Positions 34,707-43,048 are shown, counted from the stretch's first letter. The stretch: 46,571 nucleotides of DNA from Candidatus Delongbacteria bacterium (GCA_016784425.1 JADHUQ010000001.1:1-46571); one strand, 5' to 3'. Notes: a model not told the origin generated them from the letters alone. Made by a program: numbers and translations.

Positions 34707-35771
34707 ATGACCCGACAGCTTTTCTCCGAACTGGCGCTACGCGGCCTCAAACTGCGTAACAGGATATTTATGTCACCCATGGTGCAGTACAGTGCGGAAG
34801 CAGGCTGTGCGACCAGCTGGCATCTGGTGCACTATGGCGCCCGCGCTGTGGGTGGGGCCGGGTTGATTATTCTGGAAGCGACCTCCGTCAGTAATGAGGG
34901 TCGTATTTCAGGTGGTGATCTCGAGCTGCATAACCAGAGGCAGGCCGCCTCACTGGCACCGCTGGCAGGCTTCATCCGGCAGAATGGGGCTGCGGCCGGA
35001 ATCCAGCTGGCCCACGCCGGACGCAAGGCGGGGAAACGTCCACCCTGGGTGAGAATTGACCAGGGGGAACCGCCACTCTGGCCGACGGTTGCACCCAGCC
35101 CCCAGCCTTTCAGCTCTGTCGACACCCCTCCACACGCGCTTACCAACGCTGAGATAGAGGAGATTGTGATACAATTTCAAAACTCTGCTCAACTGGCGCT
35201 GCAGGCAGGATTCCAGGTCGTGGAAATTCATATGGCTCACGGGTATCTTTTGCATCAGTTCCTCTCGCCGCTGACCAATCTGCGCACTGATGAATTTGGC
35301 GGGTCGCTGGAAAATCGGCTGCGGTTGCCACTCCAGGTGACACGGGCGGTGCGAGCCGTCTGGCCGGATGACCTGCCACTGTTTGTGCGTATTTCCGCCA
35401 CCGACTGGACAGCGGGGGGCTGGGATCTGGAACAGTCTCTGGTGCTGGCTGCAGCACTCCAGGGGGAAGGAGTTGATCTGATCGATTGTTCCAGTGGTGG
35501 CCTGTTGCCTGCGGCGGAGATCCCTGTCGAACCCGGCTACCAGGTGCCGTTTGCCTCATCGATCAGAGAGCAGGTCTCGATTCCAACAGCAGCTGTCGGG
35601 TTGATCACCGAGCCGGCACAGGCGGATGCGATCATCAACAGCGGTCAGGCGGATGCTGTCTGCCTGGGAAGGCAACTGCTACGGGAGCCCTATTGGCCGC
35701 TGCGTGCAGCGCATCAACTTGGTGTCAACCTCGATTGGCCGCAACCGTACCGAGCTGGGAAGTGGAGGTAA
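34707..35771 (+). CDS. namA: NADPH dehydrogenase / NADH:flavin oxidoreductase, Old Yellow Enzyme family (YqjM/NamA type)
   Basis: AGGGAG precedes the ATG at 34707. Family motifs are RNRIFMSPMVQY, WHLVHYGARAVGGAGLIILEATSV, QLAHAGRK and EIHMAHGYLLHQFLSPLTN. Confidence 0.9.
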   Translation: MTRQLFSELALRGLKLRNRIFMSPMVQYSAEAGCATSWHLVHYGARAVGGAGLIILEATSVSNEGRISGGDLELHNQRQAASLAPLAGFIRQNGAAAGIQLAHAGRKAGKRPPWVRIDQGEPPLWPTVAPSPQPFSSVDTPPHALTNAEIEEIVIQFQNSAQLALQAGFQVVEIHMAHGYLLHQFLSPLTNLRTDEFGGSLENRLRLPLQVTRAVRAVWPDDLPLFVRISATDWTAGGWDLEQSLVLAAALQGEGVDLIDCSSGGLLPAAEIPVEPGYQVPFASSIREQVSIPTAAVGLITEPAQADAIINSGQADAVCLGRQLLREPYWPLRAAHQLGVNLDWPQPYRAGKWR

Positions 35772-35903
35772 TGAGCACGATTCAACAGATTGTCCCAGGT
35801 CGCTTCAGGGTACCGACCTGGGAAATGGAAGTCGTGAGCATGGACATCAGATTATCCCAGGTCGCTTCAGGTACCGACCTGGGAAGTGGAAATCGTGAAA
35901 TAG
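35748..35903. repeat. 2.5-copy tandem repeat (period about 60-63 nt) starting inside the 3' end of namA; each full unit carries a 9-bp perfect hairpin
   Basis: Units lie at 35748-35810, 35811-35870 and 35871-35903 (partial). The hairpins CCCAGGTCG...CGACCTGGG are at 35794-35822 and 35856-35883. Confidence 0.85.
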
Positions 35904-36241
35904 TTCTGCTCAAGCTTGAAGCGGGCTGTTTTCTGAAAAAGAAAAACTGCTATCACGCCCTGTATATGAAGCGTTACCATGTTTATAGACGAATGAAATT
36001 AAGTAATACTACTATATTGCCATTGTTTGACCGAGACGAATATGCCCGAATACGGGCAAATAGGGAAAAAGTTCATATTCTGAAATGATTTACCTTGCCT
36101 GTTCCAACTCCCGTTATGATACTGTTCATCAAACATGATAGTAGCCACCGGAAGCTGTCGGTGGTGCCCGGTTCATCGACAATTCCCGAACCGGTCGGTA
36201 GCTGGATGATACCCTAAAAATAGAATATTGGCGGAGGAAAA

Positions 36242-36712
36242 ATGAGAGATCAGCGAACCCGCGAAATGCTGGATCAGGATATACGCCGCTGGGTTGACAA
36301 GTACAGTCGTGAGCGGTCTGCCTTGATCGCGATTCTGCACAATGTACATCGCAAATATTCCCAGGTGTCCGCTCACGCAATGGAGGAGATTGCAGATTAC
36401 CTGGGTATTCACCCTGTCGAGGTTTACGGCGTGGCTACATTCTATTCCTTCTACAATGCTGAGCCGAAGGGCAAAAAGATCATACGCCTCTGCCGGACTA
36501 TTTCCTGTGATATGCAGGGCAAGCGGGATCTGGTTTACGCCCTGGAGCATCGTTTCGGTATCCGTTTCGGTGAAACCACCAGGGATGGTAAGTGGACATT
36601 GGAGTACACCAGTTGTATGGGTTGGTGCGATCAGGGACCAGCCCTCTTTGTTAATTCCAAGCCCTACACCTCTGTAACCACCGAGAGACTGGACGCTATT
36701 CTGGCCGAGTAA
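36242..36712 (+). CDS. hydC: NuoE-like [2Fe-2S] thioredoxin-fold subunit of an NAD(P)-linked [FeFe]-hydrogenase (HydC/HndA type)
   Basis: GGAGGA RBS. The cysteine pattern is CRTISC...(32)...CMGWCDQGP, and YFSFY-type NuoE motifs are present. Confidence 0.88.
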   Translation: MRDQRTREMLDQDIRRWVDKYSRERSALIAILHNVHRKYSQVSAHAMEEIADYLGIHPVEVYGVATFYSFYNAEPKGKKIIRLCRTISCDMQGKRDLVYALEHRFGIRFGETTRDGKWTLEYTSCMGWCDQGPALFVNSKPYTSVTTERLDAILAE

Positions 36713-36723
36713 AGGGAGCAAAA

Positions 36724-37914
36724 ATGACTGAACGCAAAGGACCAATCCTATTCAGACCCTATACCGCTTTCAGCGGAATGAGAAAAGCCTTCGAAATGGG
36801 TAACGCCAAAGTGCTCGCCACCGTAAAGGATGCAGGCCTGCGTGGACGGGGAGGGGCAGGGTTTCCAACCGCGATGAAATGGAAATTTGCCCTGGACGAT
36901 ATCAGTAAAGATCATCAGGATTACAGCAAGGATCGCTTCATCATCTGTAATGCGGATGAGGGAGAACCGGGTACTTTCAAGGATCGGGTGTTGCTGGAAG
37001 AACAACTCGGGCTGTTACTGGAAGGGATGCTCATCGCCGGTTACACCATCCGCGCCTCCACCGGCATCATCTTTCTACGTGGTGAATACAACTACATGTG
37101 GGATCAGATCAAGGGGACCATCCTGCGGTGGCGTGCCGAGGGCATGCTGGGCGAGAACCTGGACGGCAAGGGTTTTGACTTTGACATACACATCCGCATG
37201 GGTGCCGGCGCTTATGTCTGCGGTGAAGAGACCGCCCTCATCGAATCTATGGAAGGATATCGCGGCGAACCCCGCAATCGTCCCCCTTTCCCTGTCAACG
37301 CCGGTTTCAATAAGCGCCCGACAGTGGTCAATAATGTCGAAACTCTCTGCCAGCTTCCTCACATCCTGAATGAGGGAGCCGACTGGTTCAAAAAGATAGG
37401 AACCGAGGAATCAACCGGCAGCAAGCTGCTCAGCATTTCGGGTGATTGCAGTAAGCCGGGGGTTTATGAAGTACCCTTCGGGGTCACTATCCAGGCTGTA
37501 TTGGAATTGGCTGGTGCGGTAGGTATCAAGGCGGTTCAAGTCGGCGGTGCGTCCGGTATCTGCCTGAGCGCGCATGAGTTTGATCGAACCATCTGTTTCG
37601 AAGATGTCCCCACCGGCGGATCGATCATCATCTTTAACACTACCCGGAACATGCGAGAAGTACTGGTCAACTTCCTCGGTTTCTTCATGGAGGAATCCTG
37701 CGGACAGTGCACACCCTGTCGCTACGGAACCGAATGCCTGCTGGATGGCATCCTGCAGTTGAGTCGCGGCGAGTGTAGCGACGAGTACCTGTCGGAGCTG
37801 CTGGATCTTTCCGATTCGATGGCTATCGCTTCCAAGTGCGGATTGGGACAATCGGTTGCCAATCCGTTCCGGTCCATTATAGAGAGATTTCGTGGCGAAA
37901 TCTACCATGGGTAG
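36724..37914 (+). CDS. hydB: NuoF-like FMN/NAD(H)-binding [4Fe-4S] subunit of the hydrogenase (HydB type, minimal form)
   Basis: The motifs GLRGRGGAGFPT, ICNADEGEPGTFKDR, ESCGQCTPCR and KCGLGQS are present. At only 396 aa it has no N-terminal 2Fe-2S domain and no C-terminal 2x[4Fe-4S] ferredoxin domain. Confidence 0.9.
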   Translation: MTERKGPILFRPYTAFSGMRKAFEMGNAKVLATVKDAGLRGRGGAGFPTAMKWKFALDDISKDHQDYSKDRFIICNADEGEPGTFKDRVLLEEQLGLLLEGMLIAGYTIRASTGIIFLRGEYNYMWDQIKGTILRWRAEGMLGENLDGKGFDFDIHIRMGAGAYVCGEETALIESMEGYRGEPRNRPPFPVNAGFNKRPTVVNNVETLCQLPHILNEGADWFKKIGTEESTGSKLLSISGDCSKPGVYEVPFGVTIQAVLELAGAVGIKAVQVGGASGICLSAHEFDRTICFEDVPTGGSIIIFNTTRNMREVLVNFLGFFMEESCGQCTPCRYGTECLLDGILQLSRGECSDEYLSELLDLSDSMAIASKCGLGQSVANPFRSIIERFRGEIYHG

Positions 37915-37969
37915 TCTGCTGTATCCCGTCGCCAGTGCGGACTGATCAAAAGTTACAAGGAGTTCACAT

Positions 37970-39835
37970 ATGGGCAACCTTTCAAATTTCGAAAGCTCCC
38001 GCATACCTTCGTCACATCTGCAACAACAGATTGATGCAACCGGCAAAGCTGATGTGGAGATAGCGATCAACGGCAAGAAGCTCACGGTGCCCTATGGCAC
38101 CAGCATCCTGAATGCCACCCGTCTGGTCGGCGTTAAAATCCCTACGCTTTGCAGCCATGATGACCTCTGTGTGGTTGGTGTCTGCCGTTTGTGTCTGGTT
38201 GAAGTCGAAGGACAAAAAACACTGCAGGCTGCCTGCGCCTATCCCATCACTGCCAGTATCAACATCAGAACCCACACGACAAAGGTGCGTAAAGCCCGTC
38301 GTCATGTGCTGGATCTGATGCTGCGAAATCACTATGGCGAATGTTATGCTTGCCGTCGTAATCATAAATGCCAGCTGCAGGACCGGGCGAAAGAGCATGG
38401 TGTCGATTTCTTTCGTTTCGGTCACATCAAGGAAAAACGTTTTGAGGAGGATCTCTCCTCTTACGCTGTCGTGCGTGATCCCGACAAGTGTGTCCTCTGC
38501 TATCGGTGTGTACGCACCTGTATCGATATGCAGGAGGTCGGGGTTCTCGAATTCATTAATCGCGGTTTCGAAACACAGGTTTCTACTTTTATGAACAAGC
38601 CGCTGGCTGAGGTCATCTGCGTCAACTGCGGTCAGTGTATCAATCGGTGTCCCACCGGAGCCCTGCGTGCCAACGATCCCTCCGATAAAGTCTGGCGCGC
38701 AATCGAGGATCCCGAAAAGCATGTGATTATGCAAACGGCACCTGCACCCCGCGCCTGCATCGGAGAAGAGTTCGGTCTGGAAGCCGGTCATAGCCTGACC
38801 AGAGAGCTGAACACCGCCATCCGGATGATCGGTTTTGATCAGGTGTTTGACACCAACTTCGCCGCGGATCTCACCATTATGGAAGAAAGTGCCGAACTGC
38901 TTACCCGTCTCAAGGACGCTCTGGTTGAAGGGAAGGATATTCCCTTGCCGATGATTACCTCCTGTTCACCAGGCTGGGTGAAGTTCTGTGAGCATTTCTA
39001 CCCCGACCAACTCGATCATCTCTCCACCTGCAAATCACCGCAACAGATGTTTGGCGCCCTGCTGAAAACATATTACGCCGAGAAGAGCGGCATCAATCCG
39101 GCGAATATAGTCACCGTGGCATTGATGCCCTGTTCGGCTAAGAAATTCGAGTGCAATCGACCCGAAATGCAGGACTCCGGTCACAAGGATGTAGACTACG
39201 GTCTGACTACCCGCGAGATGGCTCAGATGATCAAGGAGTGCGGTATTCATTTGCCGGATCTGGACAGGGAGGATTTTGACCATCCGCTGGGGCTGGGCTC
39301 CGGTGCCGGTCTGATTTTCGGTGCCACCGGTGGGGTGATGGAGGCGGCCATCCGTACCGCATATGAAATCGTCACCGGCCGTGAGGTTCCGTTTGAGGGT
39401 CTCAATGTAACACCGGTTCGCGGGATGGAGGGGATTCGGGAAGCCTCAATTCTAATAGAAAATCCGGTTGAGGAGTGGAAGTTTCTCGCAGGTGTCGAAT
39501 TAAAGGTCGCGATCGCGCATGGCACCGCCAACGCCAAGAAAATAATGGAGCTGGTCAAGGCCGGGAAAGCCGATTACCACTTCATTGAGATCATGGCCTG
39601 TCCGGGCGGCTGCCTGGGTGGCGGTGGAGCGCCGATTCCGACCAACGATGAGATTCGGCGCAAACGTGCCGAAGCGCTTTACAAAGAGGACGCTTCACTT
39701 GAAGTTCGCAAATCCCATGAAAATGCCGAAATAGACCAGATCTATGAGGAGTTCCTGGGGGAACCGCTGGGTGAGAGATCACATCGTCTGCTGCACACTC
39801 ACTACACGCCTCGTGGTAAACGGATCGGGGACTGA
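37970..39835 (+). CDS. hydA: [FeFe]-hydrogenase catalytic subunit (M3-type: 2Fe-2S, His-ligated 4Fe-4S, 2x 4Fe-4S, H-cluster domain)
   Basis: AAGGAG lies 7 nt upstream of the ATG. The accessory-cluster motifs are CSHDDLCVVGVCRLC, HYGECYACRRNHKC, CVLCYRCVRTC and CVNCGQCINRCP. The H-cluster motifs are L1 TSCSPGW (variant), L2 MPCSAKKFE and L3 EIMACPGGCLGGGG. Confidence 0.95.
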   Translation: MGNLSNFESSRIPSSHLQQQIDATGKADVEIAINGKKLTVPYGTSILNATRLVGVKIPTLCSHDDLCVVGVCRLCLVEVEGQKTLQAACAYPITASINIRTHTTKVRKARRHVLDLMLRNHYGECYACRRNHKCQLQDRAKEHGVDFFRFGHIKEKRFEEDLSSYAVVRDPDKCVLCYRCVRTCIDMQEVGVLEFINRGFETQVSTFMNKPLAEVICVNCGQCINRCPTGALRANDPSDKVWRAIEDPEKHVIMQTAPAPRACIGEEFGLEAGHSLTRELNTAIRMIGFDQVFDTNFAADLTIMEESAELLTRLKDALVEGKDIPLPMITSCSPGWVKFCEHFYPDQLDHLSTCKSPQQMFGALLKTYYAEKSGINPANIVTVALMPCSAKKFECNRPEMQDSGHKDVDYGLTTREMAQMIKECGIHLPDLDREDFDHPLGLGSGAGLIFGATGGVMEAAIRTAYEIVTGREVPFEGLNVTPVRGMEGIREASILIENPVEEWKFLAGVELKVAIAHGTANAKKIMELVKAGKADYHFIEIMACPGGCLGGGGAPIPTNDEIRRKRAEALYKEDASLEVRKSHENAEIDQIYEEFLGEPLGERSHRLLHTHYTPRGKRIGD

Positions 39836-40036
39836 TTGATTGCCAGTTGACGCACAGATGAAACCTGCACAGCTGTCAATCCAGGCAGGTGATTTATCAT
39901 CGAGCGTTTGAAGAGGATCCTCAAACGGGTAGAATCTGGCGGTAGAGAGGCGGTACATTTTTGATGGATAGCTTCCTGGCTACCCGTTATTGAATGGGTG
40001 CCGGGGGACTCCTTTAACGAGATCACAAAACGCTGA

Positions 40037-41476
40037 ATGATAACAGATAAAAAAATGACAGTTGAAAATGCTTCTATCAGGAAAGATGACACAACGACAA
40101 CTTCTTTTATCGATGAAAAGCAGATTGAGTCACTGCTGCACGATTGCCAGCCAACGCCAACATCAGTCCAACGGATCATTGCCAGATCGCTCAGCAAACA
40201 GCGTCTGGAGCTGGATGAAGTAGCTACCCTCCTGAATATTGAGGACCCGGAGCAACTGGACGCAGTTTTTACGGCGGCCCGTGAGCTGAAGCAGAGTATC
40301 TACGGCAACCGGATAGTACTCTTCGCACCGCTTTATATCGGTAATGATTGCGTCAACGACTGCCAGTACTGTGGCTTTCGACGGTCCAACCGTGAGGCGC
40401 AACGGGTAACCCTGAATCAGGCGGAGGTGCGTGCAGAAATTGAGGCTCTGGAAAGGGTGGGTCACAAGCGGCTGATCCTTGTCTTCGGCGAGCATCCCCG
40501 TTACAGCGCTGACTTCATTGCCGACATGACTCGCCTGGCTTATTCCGTCAGACAGGGGCCGGGTGGGATACGCCGGGTCAACATCAACGCCGCACCCCTC
40601 ACCGTGGAGGATTACCGCCAGGTGGCCGCCGCCGGGATAGGCACTTATCAGGTCTTTCAGGAAACTTACCATCGTGCCACCTACGAGCGTTATCATCCGG
40701 CGGGTACTAAAAGCAACTTCAACTGGCGGCTCCATGCCCATGACCGCGCGCTGGAAGCAGGTCTGGAGGATGTCGGGATCGGTGTCCTGTTCGGATTGTA
40801 TGAATGGCGTTTTGAGGTGATGAGTCTGGTAGCCCACGCTATCCATCTTGAGGAGAAATACAAGGTTGGTCCGCACACCATTTCTTTCCCCCGGTTTCAA
40901 GCGGCCCAATCTGTTACTGCACCCGATTACATGGTCTGCGACGAGGAGTTTAAGCGACTGGTGGCTGTGCTGAGACTGGCGGTGCCCTACACCGGGTTGA
41001 TACTGACGGCCCGGGAGAGTGCCGCTGTCCGCAATGAGGTGATCGAGCTTGGTTGTTCGCAGATCGACGCCGGTTCCCGCCTGGAGCTGGGTGGTTATCG
41101 CCAGGAGGCTCATGACCAGAACCTGGAGCGGGAGCAGTTTCAGTTGGGTGACGACCGCTCACTGGAGGAGGTGATAATGGAGCTGCTGGAGCGTAATTAT
41201 TGCCCCTCCTTCTGTACCGCCTGCTATCGGCTTGGTCGTACAGGAGAAGAATTCATGAAAATAGCCATCCCCGGTTCTATTCAACAGTTCTGTACCCCTA
41301 ATGCCCTGCTGACTCTGAAGGAGTACCTGAAGAACTACGCTACGGCAAATACAAAATCCTCCGGAGAAGAGGTTTTGAAAACGCAACTGGCTAAGATTGC
41401 TGACTCGAGGTTGCAACGCGAGATTGTGAATCGATTAAAACGAATTGAACTTGGCGAGCGTGACCTATATTTCTAG
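40037..41476 (+). CDS. hydG: [FeFe]-hydrogenase H-cluster radical-SAM maturase HydG (tyrosine lyase)
   Basis: The radical-SAM motif is CVNDCQYCGF. Also present are FQETYH, GPHTISFPR and the C-terminal auxiliary-cluster motif CPSFCTACYR...C. Confidence 0.95.
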   Translation: MITDKKMTVENASIRKDDTTTTSFIDEKQIESLLHDCQPTPTSVQRIIARSLSKQRLELDEVATLLNIEDPEQLDAVFTAARELKQSIYGNRIVLFAPLYIGNDCVNDCQYCGFRRSNREAQRVTLNQAEVRAEIEALERVGHKRLILVFGEHPRYSADFIADMTRLAYSVRQGPGGIRRVNINAAPLTVEDYRQVAAAGIGTYQVFQETYHRATYERYHPAGTKSNFNWRLHAHDRALEAGLEDVGIGVLFGLYEWRFEVMSLVAHAIHLEEKYKVGPHTISFPRFQAAQSVTAPDYMVCDEEFKRLVAVLRLAVPYTGLILTARESAAVRNEVIELGCSQIDAGSRLELGGYRQEAHDQNLEREQFQLGDDRSLEEVIMELLERNYCPSFCTACYRLGRTGEEFMKIAIPGSIQQFCTPNALLTLKEYLKNYATANTKSSGEEVLKTQLAKIADSRLQREIVNRLKRIELGERDLYF

Positions 41477-41602
41477 TTCTCAACCCCCCCGGGGTCGGAC
41501 CCGGTTAAGTTGTTAAAATTGTGCAAGATAACCCCAAAATATTGGCAAAATATGCCCTTAAACGACCCTTTTTCGCCTGAAAAACAGAGGATTTCTGTTA
41601 TC

Positions 41603-41795
41603 GTATTTCCCAGTTAAGCTGACCGTTTGAGTTAGTGCATTTCGGGAAATACTATATAAGTGATACCACTGTCTCCATTATATACCGATACTCAAAAAGA
41701 ATGCCCTCCTGGACAGATCGAAGAAGCATCGGTTTATAGTATTGCTGACAATGGCGATGGACGTTTTGATCGTATATTTGTAGCAATACTATAAA
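41603..41795. repeat. three consecutive perfect inverted repeats in the AT-rich hydG-hydF spacer
   Basis: The pairs are GTATTTCCC (41603-41611) / GGGAAATAC (41644-41652), TATATAA (41653-41659) / TTATATA (41678-41684), and TTTATAGTATTGCT (41733-41746) / AGCAATACTATAAA (41782-41795). Confidence 0.85.
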
Positions 41796-41848
41796 CTGAC
41801 ATTTCAGGTGAGCATCACTATGGATGAACGACTGGACATTTTCCCAGG

Positions 41849-43048
41849 ATGAAAACAGCAACAGCCAACCGGCTCCATATCGGTATTTTCGGCAGGCGAA
41901 ATGTAGGTAAATCCCGTTTTATCAATCTGTTCACTAACCAGGATATCGCCATCGTCTCAGAACACCCTGGTACCACCACCGACCCGGTCTATAAATCGAT
42001 CGAGATTCTGCCGAAACCGGGGCCCTGTGTTATCATCGATACAGCGGGACTCGACGATGTCGGGCAGTTGGGGGAGTTACGGAAAAAGAAAGCTCGCCAG
42101 GTGCTGAACAAGACCGATCTGGCGCTACTGCTGATAACTGCGGAGACCGGTTGGGGTGAATTTGAGGAACAGCTCCTGGAGGAGTTGAAGCAGCGCTCGA
42201 TCACGGCGGTAATCATCGTCAATAAAATAGACCTTGACCGACAAGCGGCAATCAACGTCGCCACCCGGGCCGGGGCAAGCGGCCTGCCGGTAATAATGGT
42301 CAGCGCCTCCACCGGAGAAGGGGTGTTGGAATTCCGTGGTCAGGTCAATGACTATGCACCTGAGAAGATCGAAGACCTGGCAATCACTTCCGGGGTAGTT
42401 AACGGTGGTGATCTGGTTGTACTGGTAATACCGATCGACGACGCCATGCCACGCGGCCGCCTGATACTTCCGGAAGTGCAGACTTTGCGCGATCTGCTGG
42501 ATCGCAACGTCTCGGTAATGGTAACCAGAGAGATGGATCTGGAACGCTCTCTGGCCGCCCTTGCTCGCGAACCGGATCTGGTTATCACCGATTCGCAAGT
42601 CTTTGGGTATGTAAAAAATCACCTGCCCACCCATATCCCCCTCACAAGTTTCTCTTTGTTGTTTGCCCGTTACAAAGGAGACCTGGAGCTGTTGGTAGCT
42701 GGAGTACATAAACTGGAACGACTGAAACCAGATGCCCGAATCCTGATCGGCGAGGCCTGTACCCACCATCCTCAAAAGGATGATATCGGTCGGGTTAAAA
42801 TTCCCGATATCCTGCACGACAAGCTGGGTGAAGGTATCAGGATCGAACAGTCGGCCGGTGGACATTTTCCGGATGATCTCGCCAACTATGATATGGTGAT
42901 CCACTGCGGGGCCTGCATGATAAACCAGAAACAGATGCATCATCGCATCAACCTGGCGCTGGCAGCCGGTGTACCGATCACCAACTATGGAGTGTTTTTC
43001 GCCTGGGCAAACGGTATATTAGAACGCGCCCTGGAAAAGCTGATATAG
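41849..43048 (+). CDS. hydF: [FeFe]-hydrogenase H-cluster maturation GTPase HydF
   Basis: The G1 motif is GRRNVGKSRFIN, with DTAGLDD and NKID also present. The C-terminal cluster motif is CTHH...(about 48)...HCGACM. Confidence 0.93.
   Translation: MKTATANRLHIGIFGRRNVGKSRFINLFTNQDIAIVSEHPGTTTDPVYKSIEILPKPGPCVIIDTAGLDDVGQLGELRKKKARQVLNKTDLALLLITAETGWGEFEEQLLEELKQRSITAVIIVNKIDLDRQAAINVATRAGASGLPVIMVSASTGEGVLEFRGQVNDYAPEKIEDLAITSGVVNGGDLVVLVIPIDDAMPRGRLILPEVQTLRDLLDRNVSVMVTREMDLERSLAALAREPDLVITDSQVFGYVKNHLPTHIPLTSFSLLFARYKGDLELLVAGVHKLERLKPDARILIGEACTHHPQKDDIGRVKIPDILHDKLGEGIRIEQSAGGHFPDDLANYDMVIHCGACMINQKQMHHRINLALAAGVPITNYGVFFAWANGILERALEKLI

Noticed and set aside
35486-36088. 200-aa plus-strand ORF (and the ATG at 35771 within it) reading through the tandem repeats
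   Set aside because: The repeat copies differ by a 1-nt indel, so they are read in different frames, and the downstream part is AT-rich promoter-like DNA. Non-coding repeats are the simpler explanation.
36173-36745. 190-aa minus-strand ORF
   Set aside because: It is antisense to the NuoE-like gene, whose conserved Cys motif fixes the plus strand as coding.
37907-37969. Possible UGA (Sec) read-through joining an upstream ATG (37907) to hydA via the TGA at 37943-37945
   Set aside because: The 12 codons upstream have no recognisable motif and no SECIS-like hairpin follows the TGA. The ATG at 37970 has an excellent AAGGAG RBS.
38012-38791. 259-aa minus-strand ORF
   Set aside because: It is antisense to hydA.
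39802-40197. 131-aa minus-strand ORF in the hydA-hydG gap
   Set aside because: It overlaps both neighbouring gene ends and has no RBS or motifs. The gap contains only a 7-bp hairpin (39905-39927) without a T-run.
40163-41113. 316-aa minus-strand ORF
   Set aside because: It is antisense to hydG.
41652-41861. 69-aa minus-strand ORF in the hydG-hydF spacer
   Set aside because: Its start overlaps the hydF start. The sequence is dominated by the inverted repeats, and it has no RBS.
42125-42943. 272-aa minus-strand ORF
   Set aside because: It is antisense to hydF.
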